Both the position numbers and the translations under genes were made by a program. A stretch of 62,842 nucleotides of DNA, filler included. It is 7 parts of 7 records of this genome, joined end to end, with 100 filler letters (N's around TTAATTAATTAA, not from the genome) between each part and the next. Parts side by side here need not be neighbours in the genome. Positions count along the whole stretch, not along the records: positions 30,415 to 43,810 come from SRR20825010_5523; 6 more parts are not named here. One strand, given 5' to 3'. Below, in pieces: positions 30,609 to 38,820 of this stretch; the stretch's first letter is position 1, and every line of letters begins with the position of its first letter. The notes beneath the pieces are model-generated. The model was not told the origin of the DNA and ran no database searches. It saw only the letters and a program-made list of their open reading frames with translations.

Positions 30609-32009
30609 ATGAAAACATATCATTTAAAAACTAATTACAAACAAATACTAGCGGACACCATTACTCCTGTAAGTGTTTACTTAAAAATACGAGACCGCTA
30701 TCCAAATAGTATCCTGCTAGAAAGTAGCGATTATCATGCAAACGATAACAGTTTTTCTTATATCTGTTTTAATCCAATTGCTACAATTAAGGTTGAAAAC
30801 AATGTTATTTCAAAAACATTTCCAGACGGGGAATCTTCAGAAGAAAAAATTACAAAAGAGGTGCATGTGCCGTCGGTTATTGAAGATTTTACAAAGCATT
30901 TCAAAACCGATAAAACCGATTTTAAGTTTATAAACAACGGTCTTTTTGGCTATATTGCTTATGATGGGGTTCAATATTTTGAGGATCTTGAAATTTCTAA
31001 AAAACAAGATTCTTTAAATATTCCTGATATTTATTATGCAGTTTACCAAAATATAATTGCCATCAATCATTTTAAAAATGAAGCCTATATCTTTTGTCAT
31101 TGTTATGATTGCGACACTAATATTGACGATATCCATCAACTTCTTCAAGCTAAAAACTTTGCTTCCTATAATTTTAATAAAGTAGGCGAGCCTACCTCTA
31201 AATTAGAAGATAACGATTATAAAAAATTAGTAGAAAATGCAAAAAAACATTGTCACAGAGGGGATGTTTTTCAATTAGTTCTTAGTCGCAGATTTGCACA
31301 AAAATTTAAAGGGGATGAATTTAATGTCTACAGAGCATTACGCTCCATAAACCCCTCCCCTTACCTGTTTTATTTTGACTATGGAAACTTTAAAATTTTC
31401 GGAAGTTCTCCAGAAGCTCAATTAATTGTAAAAGACAACAAAGCAGAAATCCATCCAATAGCGGGAACATTTAAGCGTACTGGAAACGATGAAAAAGATG
31501 CGGAATTAGCAAAACAATTGGCGGTGGACGAAAAAGAAAATAGTGAACATGTAATGTTAGTTGACTTAGCAAGAAACGACCTCAGCAGAAATGGAAATAC
31601 AGTTGAAGTAGAAACCTATCGAGAAGTACAATTTTTCTCTCATGTTATTCATTTAGTCTCTAAAGTTACAGGACAGAAAAAGAAAGAAATTCCAACAATG
31701 CAAGTAGTTGCAGATACCTTTCCCGCAGGAACTCTAAGTGGAGCACCAAAATATATGGCAATGCAACTTATTGATAAATATGAAGCTACCAATCGAGATT
31801 ATTATGGAGGAGCAATAGGCTTTATGGATTTTGAAGGGAATTTTAATCACGCTATTATGATCCGTACTTTTTTAAGTAAAAATCACGAGCTGTACTATCA
31901 AGCTGGCGCAGGGATTGTTTCTGAATCAAAACCAGAAAGCGAATTACAAGAAACATATAACAAATTAGGAGCTTTGAAAAAAGCTATGGAAATGGCGGAA
32001 GATATATAG
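30609..32009 (+). CDS. trpE: Anthranilate synthase component I
   Basis: LLES, NPSPY, GSSPE, PIAGT, EHVMLVDLARND, FPAGTLSGAPK. Confidence 0.97.
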   Translation: MKTYHLKTNYKQILADTITPVSVYLKIRDRYPNSILLESSDYHANDNSFSYICFNPIATIKVENNVISKTFPDGESSEEKITKEVHVPSVIEDFTKHFKTDKTDFKFINNGLFGYIAYDGVQYFEDLEISKKQDSLNIPDIYYAVYQNIIAINHFKNEAYIFCHCYDCDTNIDDIHQLLQAKNFASYNFNKVGEPTSKLEDNDYKKLVENAKKHCHRGDVFQLVLSRRFAQKFKGDEFNVYRALRSINPSPYLFYFDYGNFKIFGSSPEAQLIVKDNKAEIHPIAGTFKRTGNDEKDAELAKQLAVDEKENSEHVMLVDLARNDLSRNGNTVEVETYREVQFFSHVIHLVSKVTGQKKKEIPTMQVVADTFPAGTLSGAPKYMAMQLIDKYEATNRDYYGGAIGFMDFEGNFNHAIMIRTFLSKNHELYYQAGAGIVSESKPESELQETYNKLGALKKAMEMAEDI

Positions 32010-32088
32010 CTGATAGTTTTTTGGTTATGGTAACAACAAACCATTTCCAATAAAACTTTCAACTTTAAAATTTTACAAACTTATAGAA

Positions 32089-32652
32089 ATGAAAAAAGTA
32101 TTAGTTATAGATAACTACGACAGTTTTACTTACAACTTGGTGCACTATTTAGAAGATTTAGGTTGCGAAGTAACTGTAAGAAGAAACGACCAATTAACCA
32201 TAGAAGACGTGGCTCCTTTTGACAAGATTGTCCTCTCTCCAGGCCCTGGAATTCCAGAGGAAGCGGGTTTATTAAAAGAAATTATAAAAACCTATGCGCC
32301 TAGCAAAAGTATTTTTGGGGTTTGCCTAGGGCAACAAGCTATTGGAGAAGTATTTGGTGGGAAACTCATTAATATAGATGAAGTTTACCATGGAGTGGCT
32401 ACAAAAATTGAAATCACCCAAGAAGATCCTATTTATAAAGGTTTACCAAAAGAAATTGAGGTAGGAAGGTATCACAGCTGGGTAGTAGACCCTAATTTGC
32501 CCAACGTTTTAAAAGCTACTTCATATGATAAAAACGGACAAGTAATGTCTCTTACTCATACCGAATATGATGTCTGCGGAGTTCAATACCATCCTGAATC
32601 GGTTTTGACTCCAGATGGTAAAAAAATATTGGAGAATTGGCTTACTAAATAG
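32089..32652 (+). CDS. trpG: Anthranilate synthase component II (glutamine amidotransferase)
   Basis: IDNYDSFTYNL, SPGPG, GVCLG, RYHS, QYHPES. Confidence 0.97.
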   Translation: MKKVLVIDNYDSFTYNLVHYLEDLGCEVTVRRNDQLTIEDVAPFDKIVLSPGPGIPEEAGLLKEIIKTYAPSKSIFGVCLGQQAIGEVFGGKLINIDEVYHGVATKIEITQEDPIYKGLPKEIEVGRYHSWVVDPNLPNVLKATSYDKNGQVMSLTHTEYDVCGVQYHPESVLTPDGKKILENWLTK

Positions 32653-32738
32653 ATGTTAGAATTAAGTACAAAGTAGTTAGATTAAATATTTAAATCGATT
32701 TTTTTAAACACTAACCACTTAACTAACAACTCAATACT
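32651..32738. repeat. Inverted degenerate heptamer arrays in the trpG-trpD spacer
   Basis: Left AGATGTT/AGAATTA/AGTACAA/AGTAGTT/AGATTAA; right AAACACT/AACCACT/../AACAACT/CAATACT. Confidence 0.6.
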
Positions 32739-32744
32739 ATTAAA

Positions 32745-33737
32745 ATGAAAGAAATACTAAACAGACTTATAAATCACGAAACCATATCGAAGGAAGAAGC
32801 TAAAAATGTATTAGTAAATATTTCGAATGGTTCGTACAATACGAGTCAGATTGCGGCTTTTTTGACCGTTTACATGATGCGAAGCATCACTATTGAAGAA
32901 TTAGAAGGTTTCCGAGATGCCCTTTTAGATTTATGCTTAGCTGTAGATTTAAAAGATTACAATGCTATAGACTTATGTGGAACTGGAGGTGATGGCAAGG
33001 ACACTTTTAACATCTCAACATTGGCATCTTTTGTTACAGCTGGCGCTGGAGTACATGTTACTAAACATGGAAATTACGGAGTTTCTTCTAAATGTGGTTC
33101 TAGTAATGTAATGGAATATTTAGGAATTAAATTTTCAAACAATCAAGATTTCTTAAAAAAATCTATTGACAAAGCTGGAATCTGTATTTTACACGCGCCC
33201 CTTTTCCATCCTGCCATGAAAAATGTGGCTCCAATTAGAAAAGAATTGGCTGTAAAAACCTTTTTTAATATGCTCGGTCCCATGGTAAACCCAGCCTTTC
33301 CTAAAAATCAAATGGTAGGCGTTTTCAATTTAGAATTAGCTAGAATGTATGGCTATCTATATCAAAACACCGATAAGAATTATACCATTTTACATGCTTT
33401 AGATGGTTATGATGAAATCTCCCTGACAGGGCCTGCAAAAGCTATCCGTAATCAAACCGAGCAAATGCTTTCTGCTCAAGATTTTGGTGTAAAAGAACAC
33501 GCTCAAGCAGCTATTACAGGAGGAGATTCTATAGAAGCTTCCGCTAAGATTTTTGTGAATGTTTTAAGCGGAAAAGGTACAGAAGCACAAAATAATGTGG
33601 TATGTGCCAATGCAGGAATGGCCATTGCAACGGTAAAAGAACTCACTCCAATTGAAGGTTTTGAACTAGCCAAAGAATCGCTTTTAAGCGGAAAAGGAAT
33701 GGAAGCGTTTAAGAAATTGAAAGATTTAACAATTTAA
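32745..33737 (+). CDS. trpD: Anthranilate phosphoribosyltransferase
   Basis: DLCGTGGDG..TFNIST, KHGN, GYDEIS. Confidence 0.97.
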   Translation: MKEILNRLINHETISKEEAKNVLVNISNGSYNTSQIAAFLTVYMMRSITIEELEGFRDALLDLCLAVDLKDYNAIDLCGTGGDGKDTFNISTLASFVTAGAGVHVTKHGNYGVSSKCGSSNVMEYLGIKFSNNQDFLKKSIDKAGICILHAPLFHPAMKNVAPIRKELAVKTFFNMLGPMVNPAFPKNQMVGVFNLELARMYGYLYQNTDKNYTILHALDGYDEISLTGPAKAIRNQTEQMLSAQDFGVKEHAQAAITGGDSIEASAKIFVNVLSGKGTEAQNNVVCANAGMAIATVKELTPIEGFELAKESLLSGKGMEAFKKLKDLTI

Positions 33738-33811
33738 GGATTGAAAGATGGGAGTTGGGAGGCGGAAAACACATAGAAAATTAAAAGATTGAAGAATTGA
33801 AAGATTGAAGG
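33716..33811 (+). repeat. Left 8-mer tandem array (ATTGAAAG-like) flanking the four-helix-bundle gene
   Basis: ATTGAAAG ATTTAACA ATTTAAGG ATTGAAAG at 33716-33747; ATTAAAAG ATTGAAGA ATTGAAAG ATTGAAGG at 33780-33811; the two blocks are in 8-nt phase. Confidence 0.85.
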
Positions 33812-33882
33812 ACTTGATAGGTGATGGATGTCGGAAAAAACTATTATTTAAAATATGGAAACGTATAAGGAATTTAAAGATT

Positions 33883-34244
33883 ATGACTAAATCTTTTGAA
33901 GAATTTGAAGTCTATAAAAAAGGAATCCTATTAGCTAAATTGATTTTTGAATTAGTAAACAACAAACCTTTTGAAAGAGAATTTGGATTCAAAGATCAAA
34001 TAAAAAGAGCTGTAATTTCAATAACTAATAACATAGCTGAAGGATCTGAATATAAAACAACAAACAATTTATTAAATATTTGAAAATTGCAAAAGGTAGT
34101 TGTTCAGAAGTAAGAAGCATGTTGATTTTAGCAAAAGAATTGGAATTAACATCTCCATTAGAGATTGAAAAAAGTTATTATTTAAGTATCGAAATTTCTC
34201 AAAACCTATCCAATTTCATCAAATATTTAAAAACTAAAATGTAA
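33883..34244 (+). pseudogene. Four-helix-bundle protein (23S rRNA-IVP / S23 / Avd-like), frameshifted
   Basis: SFEEFEVYKKG...FGFKDQIKRAVISITNNIAEG in one frame; continues NNKQFIKYLKIAKGSCSEVRSML...FIKYLKTKM* in another frame after about 34054. Confidence 0.88.
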
Positions 34245-34259
34245 AGTTAAATATGCCTA

Positions 34260-34307
34260 TATCAAATTATTCAATCTTTCAATTCTTCAATCATTAAATC
34301 TTATAAA
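34260..34307 (-). repeat. Right 8-mer tandem array (reverse complement of the left array)
   Basis: TATCAAAT TATTCAAT CTTTCAAT TCTTCAAT CATTAAAT; 34270-34292 is the exact reverse complement of 33787-33809. Confidence 0.85.
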
Positions 34308-34315
34308 CAGAAAAA

Positions 34316-35101
34316 ATGAACATCCTAGATAAAATAGTAGCAGATAAAAGAAATGAAGTTGCTTTAAAAAAAGAATTAATTCCTATTTCACAATTGGAGT
34401 CAAGCGTGCTCTTTGAGCGTGATTGTGTTTCTTTAGCCAATAAACTGAGCGCTAGCAACACTGGCATTATTGCCGAACATAAACGTCGTTCTCCTTCAAA
34501 ATCGGTTATCAATCAATCTTTAAACGTACAAGATGTAGCAAAAGGTTATGAAGATGCAGGAGTATGCGGGATGTCGGTTTTAACAGATGGCAAGTATTTT
34601 GGAGGCTCTTTAGACGATTTGCTATTGGCTAGAGCCGCTGTTCAAATGCCTTTATTACGAAAAGAATTTATCATCGACCCATATCAGATAATAGAAGCTA
34701 AAGCTTTTGGTGCTGATGTAATTTTATTAATAGCAGCTATTTTAACTCGCAATGAGATAAAATCATTATCTGAAGCAGCTAAAAATTTAGGTTTAGATGT
34801 ATTATTAGAGATCCATAATGAAGAAGAATTACAGAAATCTATTATGCCGAGTCTGGATATGTTAGGAGTAAACAATCGGAATTTAAAGACTTTTGAGGTG
34901 AGTTTAGACATCAGTAAAACCTTATCAGAAAAAATTCCTCACGATTTTGTAAAAGTGTCGGAAAGTGGAATTAGTTCTATTAAAGCTATAAAAGACCTAC
35001 AGCAATTTGACTACAAAGGCTTCTTAATAGGCGAGAATTTTATGAAAACTGGAGATCCAGGAGCAAGTGCAAAAGAGTTTATTGGGAAATTAAAAGATTG
35101 A
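34316..35101 (+). CDS. trpC: Indole-3-glycerol phosphate synthase
   Basis: IAEHKRRSPSK, SVLTD..YFGG, LRKEFI, GVNNRNL, VSESGI. Confidence 0.97.
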   Translation: MNILDKIVADKRNEVALKKELIPISQLESSVLFERDCVSLANKLSASNTGIIAEHKRRSPSKSVINQSLNVQDVAKGYEDAGVCGMSVLTDGKYFGGSLDDLLLARAAVQMPLLRKEFIIDPYQIIEAKAFGADVILLIAAILTRNEIKSLSEAAKNLGLDVLLEIHNEEELQKSIMPSLDMLGVNNRNLKTFEVSLDISKTLSEKIPHDFVKVSESGISSIKAIKDLQQFDYKGFLIGENFMKTGDPGASAKEFIGKLKD

Positions 35102-35152
35102 AAAATTAAAAAATTGGTAAAGCTGTAAATTTGTTAAGTAATTACCTTCAAT
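35081..35152 (+). repeat. 8-mer array at the trpC end / trpC-trpF spacer
   Basis: ATTGGGAA ATTAAAAG ATTGAAAA ATTAAAAA ATTGGTAA in phase, plus one reverse unit CCTTCAAT at 35145. Confidence 0.65.
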
Positions 35153-35175
35153 TCTATCTCTAACGATACAAAAAA

Positions 35176-35868
35176 ATGGACAAATCGGATTCAAATAACA
35201 CTCTCAAACCCAAACATCCACATAGAAGCGTTGAGATAGGTCTCAAAATATGTGGAATGAAATATGAAGATAATATCAGAACTATTGCAGGGTTACAACC
35301 AGATTATCTCGGGTTTATTTTTTATGAAAAATCGGCACGTTTTAATGAGGACGTTATTCCAGAATTACCAAAAAACATCAAAAAAATAGGTGTTTTTGTA
35401 AACGCAACTATTGATTATATAATTGAAAAAGTTAATCAGCATCATTTAAACGGAGTTCAATTACATGGGGATGAATCGGTCGAATTTTGTCAAAATCTAA
35501 AAAAAGAACTTCCTCATAAAACAATAATCATAAAAGTGTTTTCTATTAAAGATGAATTTGATTTTTCAATCTTGTCTCCGTATGAAAAAATAGCCGATTA
35601 TTATTTATTCGACACCAAAGGGAAACTCCCTGGAGGCAACGGATATACCTTTAATTGGGAAGTACTAAAAAATTATCCATCAGAAAAACCGTTCTTTCTA
35701 AGTGGCGGAATTGGTACAGAACACATTGAAAAAATAAAACATATCAATCCTAATCTCCCAATTCATGCTATTGATGTAAATAGTAAATTTGAAGTGGAAC
35801 CTGGATTGAAAAACGCAGCACAATTAAAAGATTTTATTTCGAGATATAAAAATGTTTCTAGAGAATAG
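35176..35868 (+). CDS. trpF: Phosphoribosylanthranilate isomerase
   Basis: LKICGM, GFIFYEKS.R, GVFVN, QLHGDE, LFDT..GG.G..F.W, DVNSKFE. Confidence 0.95.
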   Translation: MDKSDSNNTLKPKHPHRSVEIGLKICGMKYEDNIRTIAGLQPDYLGFIFYEKSARFNEDVIPELPKNIKKIGVFVNATIDYIIEKVNQHHLNGVQLHGDESVEFCQNLKKELPHKTIIIKVFSIKDEFDFSILSPYEKIADYYLFDTKGKLPGGNGYTFNWEVLKNYPSEKPFFLSGGIGTEHIEKIKHINPNLPIHAIDVNSKFEVEPGLKNAAQLKDFISRYKNVSRE

Positions 35869-35960
35869 AATTGGGGACTAGGAAATTAAAAGAGATATAG
35901 TCACTACTCTTTTCCTCCCTACTTTAAACTTTAAAACATTCAACTTTACAACTAAAAAAA

Positions 35961-37145
35961 ATGGACACATACAATGTAAACGAAAAAGGATATTATGGAG
36001 AATTTGGAGGTGCATATATTCCAGAAATGCTCTATCCAAATGTTGAAGAACTACGTCAGCAATATCTTTCAATTATGAATGAAGATTCTTTCAAGGAAGA
36101 ATTCAATCAATTACTAAAAGATTATGTAGGACGCCCTTCTCCATTATATTTTGCCAAGCGATTGTCTGAAAAACATGGAGCAAAAATTTATTTAAAAAGG
36201 GAAGACCTTAACCATACAGGAGCTCATAAAATAAACAATACCATCGGGCAAATATTAATGGCCAAAAAGCTAGGCAAGAAAAGAATTATTGCTGAAACAG
36301 GCGCTGGACAACACGGTGTTGCAACCGCTACTGTTTGTGCACTTATGGGTATAGATTGTGTAGTTTATATGGGAGAAATTGATATTGCTCGCCAATCTCC
36401 AAATGTGGCTCGAATGAAAATGCTTGGCGCCGAAGTACGCCCTGCCCTCTCTGGGAGTCGCACTCTTAAAGACGCCACCAACGAGGCTATTCGAGATTGG
36501 ATTAACAACCCAGTAGATACGCATTACATTATTGGATCGGCTATTGGTCCACATCCATATCCAGATATGGTAACACGCTTTCAAAGCATTATTTCCGAAG
36601 AAATAAAATGGCAGCTACAAGAAAAAGAAGGTCGCCAAAATCCCGATTATGTAGTAGCTTGTATAGGTGGAGGAAGTAACGCTGCAGGTACTTATTATCA
36701 TTTTTTAGATGACGAAAAAGTAGGTATCATAGCTGTAGAAGCCGCTGGAAAAGGTATTGACTCTGGGGAAAGTGCTGCTACTTCAGTTTTAGGAAAAGAA
36801 GGCATTATTCACGGCTGTAAAACCCTATTAATGCAAACCCCCGATGGGCAAATTACTGAGCCTTATTCCATTTCGGCAGGATTAGATTACCCTGGTGTTG
36901 GCCCAATGCATGCACATTTGTATAATTCGGGTCGTGGAGAATTTTTCTCTGTAACCGATAATGATGCTATGAAAGCAGGATTAGAATTATGCAAAACAGA
37001 AGGAATTATTCCTGCAATTGAAAGTTCTCATGCCTTGGCAATATTTAATCATAAAAAATTCAACCAAAATGACGTTGTTGTAATTAGTTTATCCGGTCGT
37101 GGCGACAAGGATTTAAATACATACATTGATTATTTTGATTTGTAA
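35961..37145 (+). CDS. trpB: Tryptophan synthase beta chain
   Basis: [38 protein letters not shown]. Confidence 0.98.
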   Translation: MDTYNVNEKGYYGEFGGAYIPEMLYPNVEELRQQYLSIMNEDSFKEEFNQLLKDYVGRPSPLYFAKRLSEKHGAKIYLKREDLNHTGAHKINNTIGQILMAKKLGKKRIIAETGAGQHGVATATVCALMGIDCVVYMGEIDIARQSPNVARMKMLGAEVRPALSGSRTLKDATNEAIRDWINNPVDTHYIIGSAIGPHPYPDMVTRFQSIISEEIKWQLQEKEGRQNPDYVVACIGGGSNAAGTYYHFLDDEKVGIIAVEAAGKGIDSGESAATSVLGKEGIIHGCKTLLMQTPDGQITEPYSISAGLDYPGVGPMHAHLYNSGRGEFFSVTDNDAMKAGLELCKTEGIIPAIESSHALAIFNHKKFNQNDVVVISLSGRGDKDLNTYIDYFDL

Positions 37146-37163
37146 AACGCAAATAAGAAACAA

Positions 37164-37925
37164 ATGAACAGAATCAGTAAAAAACTGGAAGAAAATAAAA
37201 AACTGTTATCCATCTATTTTACGGCAGGTTACCCAGCTATAGAAGATACAGTACCCGTTATAGAAGCGCTTCAAGAAAGTGGAGTTGACATGCTCGAAAT
37301 CGGACTCCCATTTTCCGATCCGCTGGCAGATGGTCCTACCATACAAGCAAGCTCTACGCAGGCACTTAAAAACGGAATGACTACAGAAAAGCTTTTTCAA
37401 CAACTAAAAGATATTCGCAAAACAGTCCACATTCCGTTAATTATTATGGGGTATTTCAATCCTATTTTACAATATGGTGTAGAAGCTTTTTGCCAGAAAT
37501 GCTCCGATATTGGTATTGACGGACTCATTATCCCAGACCTTCCTGTAGATGTTTACCATGAGCAATATCAAGCAATATTTGAAAAACACGGACTCATAAA
37601 TGTATTTTTAATTACACCGCAAACCTCAGAAGCACGGATTCGTTTTATAGATTCGGTTTCTAACGGGTTTATTTATATGGTAAGTTCTGCCAGTGTAACA
37701 GGAGCTAAAAGCAATTTTGGGGATGCTCAAAGTGAATATTTTGAAAGAATTGCGAATATGAATTTAAAAGCACCACAAATTGTTGGCTTTGGTATTAGCA
37801 ATGCCGAAACTTTTAAAGCTGCCACAACACATGCCAAAGGAGCAATTATAGGCTCTGCTTTTATCAAAATGATTCAAGAAAAAGGAATTAAAGGCATTGA
37901 TGCTTTTGTTAAAGGAATTCAATAA
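37164..37925 (+). CDS. trpA: Tryptophan synthase alpha chain
   Basis: EIGLPFSDPLADGPTIQ, MGYFNP, IIPDLP, VGFGIS. Confidence 0.98.
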   Translation: MNRISKKLEENKKLLSIYFTAGYPAIEDTVPVIEALQESGVDMLEIGLPFSDPLADGPTIQASSTQALKNGMTTEKLFQQLKDIRKTVHIPLIIMGYFNPILQYGVEAFCQKCSDIGIDGLIIPDLPVDVYHEQYQAIFEKHGLINVFLITPQTSEARIRFIDSVSNGFIYMVSSASVTGAKSNFGDAQSEYFERIANMNLKAPQIVGFGISNAETFKAATTHAKGAIIGSAFIKMIQEKGIKGIDAFVKGIQ

Positions 37926-37971
37926 AAAAACACACTTTAATTGTAAACTCGTCTAAACGAGTTCTATTAAG

Positions 37972-38004
37972 AAGGTCTAGGAGTTAATTTCCTAGACCTT
38001 TTTT
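37972..38004 (+). terminator. trp operon terminator
   Basis: AAGGTCTAGGA-GTTAATT-TCCTAGACCTT followed by TTTT. Confidence 0.85.
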
Positions 38005-38133
38005 AACACTCTTTCTTTCTATAAAACCTCATCCTTTTACCCTTCTACAGCTAGAATTATAGTGCTTTTGCATTAAATCTTATAATTCTATTCTTAAACT
38101 TTAATTGTACTCTAACGTTATATGTTAAAATAG

Positions 38134-38174
38134 AAATTAAACAAACGTTTAATTTAAACAATTGTTTAATTTTG
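38134..38174 (+). promoter_or_regulatory. Tandem TetR-type operators overlapping a -7 promoter
   Basis: AAATTAAAC-AAAC-GTTTAATTT and perfect TTAAACAATTGTTTAA, overlapping TAATTTTG (TAnnTTTG). Confidence 0.75.
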
Positions 38175-38199
38175 CACAGAATTTCTAACATTCATTTTT

Positions 38200-38820
38200 A
38201 TGGAGTTAAATGAGAAGCAAATAAAAATACTAGAAGTAGCAGAAAAAATGTTTGCCGAAAACGGATATGATGGCACTTCTATTAGAGCTATTGCTAAAGA
38301 GGCAGACATTAATATTGCAATGATTTCTTACTATTTTGGATCTAAAGAGAAACTACTAGAATCTCTTTTGAGCTACAAAACGGCAAACTTCACTATGGAG
38401 TTAGAATCTATTTTATCTAAAGACATAGATTACCTACAGAAAATTGATGAAATAGTTACTGTATTAGTTGCCAGAATTCATAGAAATAGACGTGTTTATA
38501 AGATTATTCACTTTGAATATTCAAATGAAACGCGTCAAATAGATTTTGAAAGTTACATTCAGATAAAGAAAAACAATTATTTAATTATTGAAGACTTTGT
38601 TAAGAAAGGACAAAAGGCAGGAGTATTTTCAAAAAAAGTAAATATCCCTTTAATAATCCCAACTGTATTAGGATCATATTTCAATTTTTATTACAACAAA
38701 CGGTTCTATAAAGACATCCATCAACTGTATACCACAGATTCCTTAGATGATTTTATACACACAATTCTTACAGACCATATAAAACAAACAATAAAAGCAC
38801 TATTAACTTATGAAGCGTAA
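38200..38820 (+). CDS. TetR/AcrR family transcriptional regulator
   Basis: ILEVAEKMFAENGYDGTSIRAIA..A.IN..MISYYFGSKE helix-turn-helix. Confidence 0.95.
   Translation: MELNEKQIKILEVAEKMFAENGYDGTSIRAIAKEADINIAMISYYFGSKEKLLESLLSYKTANFTMELESILSKDIDYLQKIDEIVTVLVARIHRNRRVYKIIHFEYSNETRQIDFESYIQIKKNNYLIIEDFVKKGQKAGVFSKKVNIPLIIPTVLGSYFNFYYNKRFYKDIHQLYTTDSLDDFIHTILTDHIKQTIKALLTYEA

Noticed and set aside
33805-34244. Diversity-generating retroelement suggested by the Avd-like protein
   Set aside because: No reverse transcriptase and no TR/VR pair with adenine-specific mismatches in the contig
33716-34307. CRISPR array or classical IS/MITE
   Set aside because: Units are 8 nt and contiguous with no spacers; no cas or transposase gene, and no clear target-site duplication
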